The position numbers were made by a program, and so were the translations under genes. The notes under the pieces are model-generated. The model made no database searches and was not told where the DNA came from. It was given only the letters and a program-made list of their open reading frames with translations. Positions 10,123-22,850 of a stretch of 64,000 nt of DNA are shown here, piece by piece. The stretch comes from Azolla caroliniana (lineage: Eukaryota > Plantae > Polypodiophyta). The first letter of the stretch is position 1; each line of letters begins with the position of its first letter. The stretch spans positions 12,586,001 to 12,650,000 of the forward strand of contig JBHGNT010000001.1 in assembly GCA_043228905.1 (NCBI GenBank). Direction: 5' to 3'.

Positions 10123-13100
10123 GCCGCTATGCTCAGCACCGTCCGGATGGAGGTCATCTTCACTACCGGGGCAAATATCTCGTCGAAGTCGACGCCCTTC
10201 TTCTGCTGAAACCCCTTTACCACGATCCTGGCTTTGTATCTCGGGGGGTTTCCGGCATCTCCCGGTTTCAGCTTGAACACCCACTTGTTTCGAAGTGCCC
10301 GTTTTCCTTTCGGCAACTCCACAAGTTCATATGTGTGGTTCTCATGCAGGGAATCCATATCGTCCTGCATGGCACTCAACCACCTGCGGCTCTGGATGTC
10401 ATGCTTTGCTTCTTCAAAGCTCTCCGGCTCCCCCTCGTCGGTTAGCAGCACGTGCTCTGGTTCCGGAAATCTCCGGGGGGCCCTTCTCTCTCTTAGAGGA
10501 TATCTCCGTTCCGGAGCTTCGGTAACCGGCTCCTCCGTTTCCTCTTCATCCGAATCCATTTCGGGATCGGGGCCGGTTCCGGTATCAGTTTCATCTTCCT
10601 CGGCCGGTTCTGTTTCTTCACCGTCTTCGGCCGGATCCTCGAGTGCTAACCGGTCCCTTGCCGGTCGGGACTGCTCCTCGTAGAGTTGATCCTCACCGGT
10701 CGACTTGGAGCTCTTCATCTTCTTCTCCGACTCCCAGTCGGCGAGTGTCTTGTTCTCCATGAAGATGATATCACGACTCCGGAATATCTTCTTGTCGACC
10801 GGGTCCCATACTCGGTAGCCGAACTCGTCATCGCCGTAACCGAGGAATATGCATGGCCGGGTCTTTGGATCTAGCTTTCCTCTCCGGTCCTTAGCCACAT
10901 GCACATATGAGAGACACCCGAACACCTTCAGATGCCGGTAGGATACTTCCCTGCCGGTCCACACTCTCTGCGGCGTGTCTCCGTCCAAAGGTACTGAGGG
11001 TGATCTGTTTATCACGTATGTCGCCGTCGACATTGCCTCAGCCCAGCATGCGCCAGCATACTCCGGACCCTCTCCATTATGGTCCGGTTCATCCTCTCGG
11101 CCAGCCCGTTCAGTTCCGGCGTCTTCGGCACAGTAAACTCGAGCCGGATTCCCTTCGAGCGACAGTACTCCTTGAACTGCCCCCGGTATTCCCCTCCGTT
11201 ATCCGCTCGTATCGCTTTCAGCTTCTTGCCGGATTCCCTTTCCACGCTCACGTGGAGTTCTTTGAAGACGCACAACACTTGGTCCTTTGTCTTCATCGGT
11301 GCCGTCCACAGTTTTCGGCTATGATCATCTATGAATGTTACGAAGTACTGGGCTCCGCCATGTGACTTCGTTTCTACCTGACACACATCAGTGTGCACCA
11401 ACTCCAATGGTGCGCTACGTCTCGTCGGTGGCCTTGAGTGGAAGGAGGTTCGGTTCTGCTTACCGGCTAGGCAATCGGTGCACTTCTCCAGGTGCACATG
11501 CTTCACTGGAATAAGGTTGTCTTCTGCAAGCCTCTTCATCCCCTTCTCACTCATGTGGCACAGTCTCTTGTGCCACAGCTCACCGGCAGTGTCGGCTGCC
11601 ACGTTCAACTCTTCCGGACACAACCAGGCATTCATAAGGTACAATGTGTTGACTTTCCGGGCCCGAGCCACTATCAGGCTCCCCTTGCTGAACTTCATTA
11701 CGCCGTTCCGGATGCTACCTGTGTAGCCTTCATCGTCTAGCCTCCCGGCCGAAATCAGGTTCAATCGTACCTTCGGAACGTGTCAGACATCCTTCAGCAG
11801 CATTTTGCATCCGGTCGAGGTTGTCAACCACACGTCTCCTACGCCGGCAATCCGGCACGTACCTTCATTTCCCATCCGAACACAGCCATGCTCACCGGCT
11901 GTGTAGGATGAGAAGTATCTTCTTTCCGGGGTCAGGTGGAACGACGCTCCGGAATCGACCACCCAGGTAGTCTCATCGCCGGCAATGTTTAGTTCACCTT
12001 CTTCGGTGATGAGCATGATCTCCTCTTCACTTGCCGCGAGTGCCGTCGTTCCTTTCCGGTCCTGCCCTCGCCGATCCGAACCATTCCGGTTCGTGGCTCC
12101 CCGGTAAGCACCGTTCCGTTCCGAAGACTTCTTCGAATCGGTGTCGTCGGCTCCGTTGTCTTTTCGGTAATGCCGACAATTCTTTCGGAAGTGCCCCGGC
12201 TTCCCACAGTGGAAGCATGTGGGCCTTCCTCTTGACTGCGACCGGGTCCCCGACTTCTCCCGTCTTTGCGGACTCCGGTTCCGTTGTCTTCCCCGATCCG
12301 ATTCGGTAAACAACATCTTCGGATCGGAGGCCGGTTCTTTATCTCTCCGACGCGCTTCTTCGTTCAAAATACTTGTCTTTACCGTTTGTAGGGACAAGTT
12401 ATCTTCGGTGCAGGAGGTGCTGAGAGTCACCACCAAGTTCTCCCAGCTTTCCGGCAATGTACACATCAGAATGATGGCTTGCATTGCATCCTCCAGCGGG
12501 AACTTGATCGCCGCAAGCTGGTTCACGAATCCCATGAACGTGCTTACGTGTTCCACCATACTCTCGCCGTCCCGGTACTTGAGGTTCACTATCTTCCTCA
12601 TCAGGGAGGTCCGGTTCAACGCATTCTTCCTCTCGTAGAGGCCCGACAGCTTCCGCCACATCTCATATGCGTTGGTGTCGTTCGCCACATGTTGTAGAAC
12701 GCTCACGTCGACGTATTGTCGAATGGTTGCAACGGCTTTCCGGTTCAGAAGCCTCCATTCCGTCTCAAGTACCCCCTTGGGTATTTCCGACCTGTCGATC
12801 GGTTCATACAAGTCCCGAACAATCAGCAGATCCTCCATCTTTATCTTCCAGTCGGCGTAGTTCTGCGCATTCAGCACCATCATCCCCGACTGCCCGCTGC
12901 TGCCGCCTTCCATTTTCTGCACTGCAGTCGCTCTGATACCAGTTTGTAGGGAATCGACACTTCAATTCACCTCCACCACTCGGCCACAACCGAGGAAGCG
13001 CGAATCAATGCAGCAGAAAATAGGAAACACAGAGAAAGACACGATAACACAGGGATTAACGTGGAAAACCCTAGACGGGAAAAACCACGGGAGTGCAAGA

Positions 13101-13807
13101 CTCCAACTATCACTCTACGCTGGGAAATATACAATGGCGAGCTGCAAGGCGACGACCTTGAGCTCGCTATCCTCGCCACAGGCGGCGGTATTACACAGAG
13201 GCGTCGACCTCTTCCTTCTCTCTCTCTCTCGGCTGCTCTCACTCCGCTCCCTCTAGATGAAAAACAGAAAAAATGAGCAACAACATTAAAACTGTTTGCC
13301 CTAAGTCATATTTATACACATATGACTTTCGGGCTATTTACAACTATAGCCTCAAGGGCCCTTGGCAAACATATTCACAAATATGTCCCCGCATCCGGAT
13401 CTCTCTCCGGGTACATTCGTCATCCGGCTCCGTAACCGGGATCTTCATCATCCGGTTCCAAAACCGCAACCGGGCTTGTCATCATTCATCTCCGACATCC
13501 GACCATCCCATCCGAAGGGACCGTAATCCCAACACTTTTATAGGCAAGAAAGGAGCCGTTTCCCATTAACTTCCTACCTACCGAATCTACCTACCTAGGA
13601 TCTTCTATGTACCTAATTCTCTCTTATGTACAACATAAGACGTACGTGCATGAAGAGCCGGTTCCTACGCTCCGGTGGACCGATTCCGCTTGTGGACGGT
13701 TTTCTTCACGACATCCGCCCCCACCTAACCGCGCATCCACCGGCATGCGCCAAATTGAGTTGGGACGGAGAAAACCGGTCCAGCCTTCATTCCCCGCCCG
13801 TCGGTTC

Positions 13808-16800
13808 TTACTCGGTTTCGGATCGTTCGTCGTCGCGGTCCAGGTTAACCGGATCTGGCTCATCGTCGTGACGCTTCTTGAACGCTTTGATCCGTTTCCC
13901 AGCTACCAGTATCGCCATTCTCGTGCCGTCGAGTTCCGCTAGATGGTACGTCTCGTTGTCGTTGGCGCTTTGTACCACGTAAGGCCCGAACCACCTTCTT
14001 GCGAACTTCCGCGTCGCTCGGTGCTGGTTGTCGAGGCTGCTGTCGTAGACTAGCACCCAGTCGCCTTCCTCGATCTTCTTCGGTCGGAGCCGGTGCGTTC
14101 GGTCGAACCGGGCTTTGTTCCTCGTCCTTGCCACCCGAAGCTTTTTCGTAGCTTGCTCTACGTCCTCCGGTCTTCGCTCGAGCTGCCGTATGCGCGCCGC
14201 CAACAGTTCCTCCCGGCTCATCTCGTCTCTCCAGTCCACGGTTGCCCATGAGGAGATCGTTCGTTCCATCGGCATGATCGGCTTCTGCCCAAACATGAGC
14301 TCTTCCGGCATGAATCCGGTTACCGAACTGTGCGTAGTTCGGTCAGCCCATAACGTGTAAGGCAGCAGCCGCGGCCAGTTCCCGACTTGACCTCCGCATT
14401 CCCAAACTAACGCCTTGACGATCGGTCTGTGTCCGCGCTCCACCTTCCCATTCGCCTCCGGGTTGTACGCAGTGGTAAGCGAGAGCTTGACTCCTATCCG
14501 GTCGAACAGCTCCTCGGCCTCTTCGGCGTCCAACTCCCCGCGATCAGCCACGATCTTCCCGACGCACCCGTACCGGCATATCACGTCCTCGATCAGGAAC
14601 CGACATACGGCCGCGGTCGTTTTGTTCTGAAGGGCTCGGCCTTCCACCTGGTTCGTCAGATCTTCCCGAGCCAGGACCAGATACCGCATCTTACCTACGC
14701 CCATCGGCATCGTCACCAGATCTACCATCCATTTGAAGTGGATGGTCGGAGGGTACGTAGGGTGAAGCTCGTCCCGATGTCGGACTATGGAGTGCATCTG
14801 ACAGCTCTCGCAAGTTGTCACGAACCGATGCACATCCCGGTACAGTCCCGGCCACCAGTACTTCCCCTTTATCTTCTCGAACGTGGCCCACGTTCCACGG
14901 TGTCCAGCCCAAGGGCTGTCGTGGTAGGCCGTCAGCAGCTCCTCCTGTTCTTCCTTCATCTCCACCACCCGGAGCGGGACGCCGTTCCTCTTCTTCGGGT
15001 GCTTCCATAGGTATCCGTCCCGGAGAAAGAATCGGTACGCTTTCTTCCGGATCCGGTTGGTCTCGTCCCTCGTCCATGACGCATCCGGTGTCATTGTCCT
15101 CAAGAAACCACCGATCTGTAGCCACTCGCCGTCGTACTTGCTCTCGTCGAAGCCGTTAAGTGCCGGAGGGCTCGTCCCATCGGTCATTACATACGCTGCC
15201 TCGAAGAAGTCCACGCTGACTTCTTCGTCCTCGTCATCAAACCTTGCCCTCGAAAGCATGTCGGCCATGGCATTGTCCTTTCCGGAAATGCCGTCGTACT
15301 TGCTCTCGTCGAAGCCGTTAAGTGCCGGAGGGCTCGTCCCATCGGTCATTACATACGCTGCCTCGAAGAAGTCCACGCTGACTTCTTCGTCCTCGTCATC
15401 AAACCTTGCCCTCGAAAGCATGTCGGCCATGGCGTTGTCCTTTCCGGAAATGTGTCGTATTTCCGGGTCCAGGGACTTGATGTACGCTATCCACCTGAGC
15501 ATCGCCAGGTCCGGTGTCGCGCATCTGGAAACCATGCCGAGAATTGGCAGGCAATCCGTCTCGATAATCACTTCTGTCCCGATCAGGTAGTCTTTGTCGG
15601 CCTTTACTGCCGAAACGATACCCAGAGTTCGCGTTTAACCTGGGCGTACCCTCGCTGTCGCTCACTGAGGACCTTCGCGCCGAATCGGATCGGGAACCGG
15701 GTGCCGTCCTCGTCTTCTTGGTTGACGACCCCTCCGATCCCAGTCGGGCTCGTATCCACCGTTATGTATACCGGGGTACCCTTCTCGTAGATAGCCTTCC
15801 GGAGCGCCGGTGCTGCCGCAAGAGCTTCCTTCAGCTTCCGGACCGACTCCGTGTGCTCGTCTCGCCACTCGAATTTTCGCCCCTTTTTCAGCAACCCGTA
15901 TAGCGGCTCCGCAACATGGGTGTAATGCGGGATCCATATCAGGTAGAACGCGCATGCCCCCAGGAACCTCCGAACTTCCGTAACCAAGCTACAGTCGGTC
16001 TTCATCGCGGAGATGGCTTCTACTTTTGCCGGAGACGGCTTCCGGCCATATGGTCCACATAGGTGTCCGACCACCAGGATTTCTGATTGCCCAAAGGACG
16101 ATTTCTCCCCGAAGAAGGGGAGCCTCACATCCTCTAGCCTTTGTAGCACCTTCTCGCAGTCGTCGATGTGTGTTGCCACGAATTGCCGGCATCCGTCCGG
16201 CCCGACTGTCTCGTCCTTCTCTTCCACCGGGCACCCTTTTATCGGGATGTCGTCCAGAAATGGCATGGTGATGTCCGGGATGCAATCCCTCAGTACCTTG
16301 TTCATTGCATTCACCATGTGGGCCACCGAGTTGGTCCCTCCTTGTGGCAGGGTACACATTCGCACTAGGCCGAGGGGAGTTCGCATCGTTGTAATGTTTC
16401 TGCTCTCCACGGCTAGCTGGAACTGGTCGTACCCCGAGTACAGATCACCGACCGAGTAAATAGACCTCCCGGCAAAGGCCTCCGTGAACTCGTCTATGGT
16501 TGGTCCGATTCCTACGTTCCGAATGGTCACTCTGTTGACCGGCTGCAGGTCCTGAATGAAGCGCAATGTTCCGTTTTTCTTTGGTACGGTAAACCATCGG
16601 TTCGAGTATGGCGCACTCGATGGTTCGAGAATACCCATATCGACTTTCTGCCTCAGTAGCTCCATCAACTCCGGGATGTGAGCTCTCGGTACCGGAATCG
16701 GCTTGAGATTCCACGGCACATGCGGTACCGTGAATATCACCATCGGCTCCACGATTGTCGGGTCTACGCACCCGATCTCTTCCGGTGAGAATGCGAAGGC

Positions 16801-19550
16801 TTTCCCGTGCCTTCCGAGCATTCTCCGAAACCAGTCTTCCTCCGCCGGCAATAGGAACCCGCCCCCACCAATTTTGAGCTCCCGGAGCGTCCCGTCGGTG
16901 AAGGTGTGTCCTATGCAGACCGGATCTCGTAAACTGGGGTCCGACGCAACCCCTCTTATTCGGGACTCGCTGTCTTCCGGTAAGGGTGCCGCGACTGGCC
17001 TCACCTTCCGGTCCACAGTCTTGTACTTCGTGCTAACTCGGGCCGTCCGATCCGACCCGAGCCCTTAACTAAAGTTCGCGATGACTTCGTATATCTCTTC
17101 GGAACATACCGGTATCGTCCGGTCTTCGTTAAGGTCTTCTCCGGCTACCTTCCTCAGCATCCCCAAGGTGTCGTCGAAGGAGACCGCCTCCACGGGTCTG
17201 CTGATTTCCTCGTCCGGGCCGAGGACTCCGCATGCTCGAAGTCGCTCCTCCGCCCCTGCCTTTTCTCGGCCAACGATGCCGACTATCATACACCCTCCAT
17301 CGTTGGAGAAGCAAAATTTTCTACCTATCGTACAAGGATTCTTCGGTTTCGGTTCTATCGTACAGCTGTGGGGTCTTTCCCGAGTGTCCGGACTGTCTCG
17401 GCCCCACGCCTTGGCAGCCCTCTCTAAAAATCCTCCCGGTTCTCGCCACCGAGGGATTCGCGGTTTCGCTCGTGGTTCGGCCGCACCGTCAGAAATTGGA
17501 CCGAATGGCGCCCGTCCTGGCTTTTGACCCTCGCGTAGGCCGAACCGTTGTCCAGCACTTTGGTCTCCATTCGCGCCGCCGTGATGTATGGTTCCCCTAA
17601 TATGACCGGATGCGAGGACGTCTCCTGCACGAAGAAGTGCTGGTTAATCTCGACGTCGCCGATCTTGACACGCACATTCGGGCAGGCCCCGTGCAGCTCC
17701 TCGGTGGCGCGCGTCACCGCCCGTATCTTCCACCCGTGCTTGGTGTTGATCGGCCATTTTCCCCTTTTGTAGAAGTCCATGGACATCAGGTTTATTTCCG
17801 AACCGTGGTCCACCAGTGCCACCACCGGTTCCTGAACATCTCCGATCTTTACCGAGGTCTCCGTGGTCGCTCGGGCCCAGTGCGGCCTCGAATAGTGGCT
17901 CTCCGCCCACTCATCTTCCAGCGCCAAGTCGTCGATGTGCGTCGTCCGCACCTCCACCGGTCTTTCCGGTTCCGTCTCCGTCGATAGCCTCTTCCGTTTC
18001 ACCAAGTCCACAATGGAGTCGTGGAACTCTTTCTTGGCGATCCCTAGCACCTCCCGCAATGACAGCTCCACTTTGCTGTCAAGGATCCGTTCTTCTAGGA
18101 CCTTTCGTAGGTCCGTGGTCCTTTCTATTTCCGTCCCCAGTCGGTATCTACCCTTCCTGGGGTTATCCTGCGCGCCGGACCCACCGGCTTCGTTCCGTCG
18201 TTGCCCGAATCGGGTCTCGTACCGTTGTGAGGGCCCGGTCGCTCCGGCTTTCCCCACTCGTTTGTCTTCTACCAGAGCCTCGTAGTTCCGGCAGGCGGCT
18301 TCTACGAAGCCCGTCCTCTCCTCGACCGGGTCGCTCCACCCGGTTATTTCCTGGACCCGTCTCTCAGCGCGGTCCGCTTCATCTTTCCTCAGCCATTCGC
18401 TGGCGAGGCCTTCCAGCATTGCCGACCAGAATCCGTCTTTGATCTCCTTTCGGGCTTCGCTGCCCCCGACCCGAATGCCGGCCGACGTCGAGTAGTGGAT
18501 GGCCTCCACGTTTCGGGCCGCTGCCTCTTCCATCAGTCTCTTCATACCTCCTCGCCCGTCATTTCGGTTTAGGGCCCTTCTGGTGTCGCCGGCGTGCACC
18601 CGACCTTCCCACAGGTACACCACCCGGTTCCTCAACACCTCTGCGAAATCGCCGCAGTCCTTCCGAATGTGGCCGACCTCGTCGCACCACATGCACCTGT
18701 TCCCTGCTGCCGGCCGTCGGTCACGAGCCGGTTCGCTGCCTTCCCTTCGAGTTTGGGCGATCTAGAGATCCTTTATCGCCCGCGTCAACTCCTCCAGCGC
18801 TGCTCCTCCGGACAAGCCATTGATCATGCCGGTCGAAGCCGAACCGGTTTCGAGCCATTCCCGGGTCTCTTTCCTTCGTCCTTGTGGTGCCGGTTCAAGC
18901 CTCCTTGCTGTGACAGAGCCCGCACCGGGCGCCCCGTTGTCAGCCCATTCTCGTCGTTTGTCGAAACAGCCACCGACTCTCTTAACCGCAGCCCAGTCGG
19001 TCGTCAGCCCGTCTTCGGTTTCCAGCAAGGAGCCGACCTGATCCCGGTCCTGCTCGTCCACCAACTTGACGAACAGTAAGACCCGGCTCATATCCAGAAC
19101 GGTTCGGTCAAGCGTCGAAAGGCACGCAAAGCGTTCTTCAAACTCCCGGAGGAGTGCCGACGCGTTTCTTCCCTTGCCGGGGGACTCCACCCATTCCATG
19201 AAGTCCCGTTTCGAAAGCCGGAGCGCGTCGTCCAGCCCGTATTTTTCTAGGAGTTGGCCTTCGAACTCCTCCCAGGTACGGTTCTCCGCCCGCACCTCGA
19301 GCACCTCCGCATGGATGCTCGGCATCACCACTCGAGGGAGCCCGGCAAGACGCCTCTCTTCCGGAACGTCCCGCATCAGCATTTCTGCCCCATAGGACGC
19401 CAAATACTTCGTGGCATCCTTTCCGCTGAACCGGCCGATCGTACCGACGACCACCTCAATGGCTCTGTCGAGGGCGCCGGTGCCCTCGCGTGCGCTCAAT
19501 ATCCAATCCACAGCCGAAGCCATGGCCTCCGCAAGATCCGACCCCTTCAT
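13808..19550 (-). pseudogene. Gypsy A gag-protease / RT-RNaseH-integrase with premature stops
   Basis: CCHC knuckle (CMWCDEVGHIRKDC), protease LVDHGSE, RT PFLDD, integrase HHCC zinc finger and DDE core, C-terminal WFGPY. Stops at 18762, 17065 and a break near 15604. No chromodomain seen. Confidence 0.9.
15128..15451 (-). repeat. 162-bp in-frame tandem duplication in Gypsy A pol
   Basis: ISGKDNAM...ESKYDG (54 aa) occurs twice; single in relative N. Confidence 0.95.
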
Positions 19551-20411
19551 CTTCTGCTCTTCTGCCGCCTCCTTCACGTCGGGTTCACCAAGATGTCGAG
19601 GTATTCCTCGCGGATGCGTGGAATGAAACGAGACCTCGGGGGTCTTGTACCGAAGAGCAAGAGAGAAAGGAGAAGGGAAGGGACCCACTACATGTGAGCG
19701 TAGATTCACAGGGACACGGCCCTTCAACACAAAGACGCGAGTGGGACACCGACACAGAGAGACGCGAATGTATGTATATATATATGTTAACAAGACAAAC
19801 AATAAGAAGCACGATGTTGGTTACGACCGAACAGGCCGGCGAACAGATGCCGACGCCTATTCGTAAACGCACAGAAAGGAAGAAGTAGGTTGGAGGTGCT
19901 GCCAGAAGCACTCGGGCATTCCTCAGAGCAGCGCGAGCCTCCCGAAACCTGCACAGAACGAAGCTATGGAGCTTGGAAGAGAGAGAAGCCTTCGGCCAAC
20001 AACCCGACAACATTTCGTCCTCTCTATCCGCGATCCCTTTCCTCTTCCCCGTCTCCCTCCTTTTATAGGCAAGAAAGGAGCCGTTTCCCATTAACTTCCT
20101 ACCTACCGAATCTACCTACCTAGGATCTTCTATGTACCTAATTCTCTCTTATGTACAACATAAGACGTACGTGCATGAAGAGCCGGTTCCTACACTCCGG
20201 TGGACCGATTCCGCTTGTGGACGGTTTTCTTCACGACAACGTTCTAGGAGGTTTTAGAAAGTTCTAGAACTAGAAGGTTCTAGAGGGTTCTAGAATATTC
20301 TCCAAAATATTCTCCAAAATATTCTAATGCATGTACTTCAACTCATAGTATAAATACTTGTGACCTCCTTGGTCCCTTTCAAGGGATTCAACACCAATCA
20401 TTGACACATCA

Positions 20412-22850
20412 CCCTCCACCCCACAATGTTGCTCAATGCTCATCCTGTCATCATCAATTCCACAATGCTTATCTCCATCATCACACCCATCATTATAATC
20501 ATGCTATCATAATTATCACTAACCCTAACCCAAAAACATATAACACCTTTTGGTGACCACAACGGCAAATCCCTTTTGGAGACGGAGTCAAACAATAATA
20601 TGCGGCAATTCGAGGCATAATGACGATGATATGTGAGAGATGTGCAAGAAATGATGATGACATGCACCAAATGGCAACGACGATGTGGGAGAAGCAATGA
20701 AGAGGTGCAAAAAATGGAATCGATAACGTTGTGCGAAAGGCGACGACAATGTGCGAAAGAAGTCCAAAATGGAAGATTAACTGTTGCATAATTCAACAAC
20801 AAATTAATCTCTATATGTGTATGTTTTGTTTGGTCTATTTTTGTCGTAAATGTCCAAGAAATGGTGCCAAAGATGTACGAAAACGATGACAATGTATGAG
20901 AGGAAGTCACGGAATGATGACGTTACATGAGTGTGCGAGAATGAAAACGACAATGTGCAAATGTGCGGTTAGCGACAATGTGCGTGTGCAGGATAGCGTG
21001 GTGTGAGAGACAACCAAAAAGAAAAAGATGAACAGGCCGGATGGAAAACGCAAACGGAGTGATGACGGCGGCCGTAACGACAATGCAGCCAAAACCGGTG
21101 CCGGAGCCGGAAATGCCAAACAGAGATGGCCAAACAACGGTCGGAGATGTATTCGGAACGGCGGACGAGTGGCCAAATAGTGGCCGAGGAGCGGCCGGAA
21201 TAGCCAAATAGTGGCCGGAGTGAACGAGAACCGCCAAACGATGACTGGAATGGGCCGAATAGTCAGAATGGTGATAGAGCCGGGACGATGATCAGACGAC
21301 GGTGGCCACAGACCAATGGCTAGAGTGGTGGCCGACCAGCAGCGGCCCGGTCGGACAGAGACAGTGACCGGATGGAGCGACGGTCGTACAGTGGCAGCAG
21401 TAGAGCGGCAGCTGCCGATACCGGCTGGATCAATTTCCGGAATGCACAAAGACACATAACAGTCGGACAGTAGCCGAACTGACTGTTGGAAAACCGGTCG
21501 GAATGGACTGGACGACAACCAAAACGGGCTGCACTAAGACGGCTCGATGGCTAGAACAATTACACCGAAACAGACCGAGACAAAGAGCCGGAAGGACACT
21601 GCCGGGAGGACAAACGATCGGATCGGATAACCGGCCGGAACAAACCAGAAGACGATGGACGGTGCCGAACGACGACGAACCGACAGAGATATTGATAGAG
21701 ACATTTGGATATGGATTAGATAGACACGACAACGCCTGATGACGGCCGGTCGACGGAAACGACAACAGAACCCGATGAGCAACGGTGCCAGAGCGGCGAT
21801 ATGACAACAGAACGGACAGAAGGAGAGACAGTTGGAAAGGACCGGACCGAACAAACGGATGGACCGGAAGACGAATGATAGTGCCGAATAGAGACGGCGA
21901 AAGAGGTGGCTAGAGACGGAGATGGAAACAGTGATGACAGTTAGATAGGGCCGATAGGATGACGAAGATGCCTGATGACAAACAACCAAACAACGGCCGG
22001 ACAAACCGTCAGACAACGGACAACAACAACTAGGAGATGGCCGAAGTGATGGGGAGGCAACCGAAAGGGCCGGACAGCCACGTCTGAACATCGGAGGACA
22101 CCGATGGCAACGACGACGGAGCCAAAGACGTCGGAGCCAGAGACGGAAACAAAAACAAAAATAGAGACCGAGACGGAGATGAACAGAGAAGGCCCTACAG
22201 ACACAACGACACACAACGCCACACAAGAACAGAGAGTGACAGCCATGAAGGACAATGGACATAGCGGTGGTGAAAGAAGGAAGAATATACAGAAAACGGA
22301 GATGAAGGAAAGAAAGAGAGAAGGGAAGAAGAAATAGAAAACACAGAGAAAGAGACGTTGACGATAGTGGTGGTGAAAGAAGGAAGAAGAAACAGAAAAT
22401 GGAGATGAAGGAAAGAAAGAGAGAAGGGAAGAAGAAATAGAAAACACAGAGAAAGAGACGTTGAAGAAGAAGAAAACAAGAAGAAGAAGAAGAAGGAAGG
22501 AATCGGAGGAGACAGACAGATATAAAGGAGGGAAATGACAGAAGCAAGAGAAAAAGAAGGAAACAAGAAAAGGAAAAAGAGGGAAAAAGAGAATGGTAAG
22601 GGGCATTCGAGGAGTATTTGAAAACCTGAGGGCATCTGAAGAATTTCGAAAAACATGATGGCATTGTCAAAATTTTAAAAAAGCAAAGGGCACCTACGAA
22701 ATGTTGAAAACTCATGAACCTAAAAGAAATGGACACGATTCACACACAATTCACAAGATACAAAGAAGAACACACATACACACAACGTCTTTTTGACGAC
22801 CCAAATGATGTTACCAAAGTTTGTGAGCCGACAGAACAAGAATGTCTCAT
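20412..22850. other. Unclassified purine-skewed low-complexity segment, with 103-bp tandem duplication 22261-22466
   Basis: Begins where D LTR homology stops. A/G-rich plus strand, no recognisable domain. Confidence 0.45.

Larger units (their letters stand above)
7186..12913 (-). pseudogene. Copia B gag-pol, interrupted by C, with stops (11783, 8290) and a 19-bp deletion near 11045
   Basis: CFHCGKPGHFRKNC, WVVDSGAS, integrase (ADNGGEY), LYVDDML, RNaseH (TDSD, KHIQRRYH). Deletion inferred by alignment to relative H. Confidence 0.92.
6586..13534 (-). mobile_element. Ty1/Copia element B (Tnt1-like), LTRs 6586-7175 and 12945-13534 (590 bp)
   Basis: TSD CTTTT (6581-6585 / 13535-13539). PBS-iMet 12930-12941. 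PPT 7176-7186. About 6 LTR mismatches counted by eye. Confidence 0.95.
6115..20238 (-). mobile_element. Ty3/Gypsy element A, complete but defective (5' LTR 19594-20238; 3' LTR 6115-6585 + 13540-13713; both 645 bp)
   Basis: TG..CA LTRs of high identity. 4-bp TSD ACGT (6111-6114 / 20239-20242). PBS TGGTGAACCCGACGTGA (tRNA-Trp 3' end) at ~19574-19590. PPT 13714-13726. Domain order gag-PR-RT-RH-IN. Confidence 0.93.
4343..20411 (+). mobile_element. Non-autonomous element D, same family as E, opposite orientation (5' LTR 4343-4829; non-coding internal 4830-5969; 3' LTR 5970-6114 + 20243-~20411, truncated)
   Basis: LTR TGTCACAGAC...GTCTGTGACA, TATAAATA at 4585, PPT aaaggggaggataa before 5970. The 3' LTR is reconstituted when Gypsy A is removed. 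No right TSD found. Confidence 0.85.

Noticed and set aside
7200-19900. Many antisense and alternative-frame ORFs, including those duplicated in LTRs
   Set aside because: Shadows of GC-rich gag-pol or LTR sequence with no domains.
20518-20531. Telomere-like CTAACCCTAACCC
   Set aside because: Only about two units.
21534-22736. 400-aa F/S/L-rich ORF as a membrane protein
   Set aside because: Translation of pyrimidine-rich low-complexity DNA; overlapping frames are equally open.
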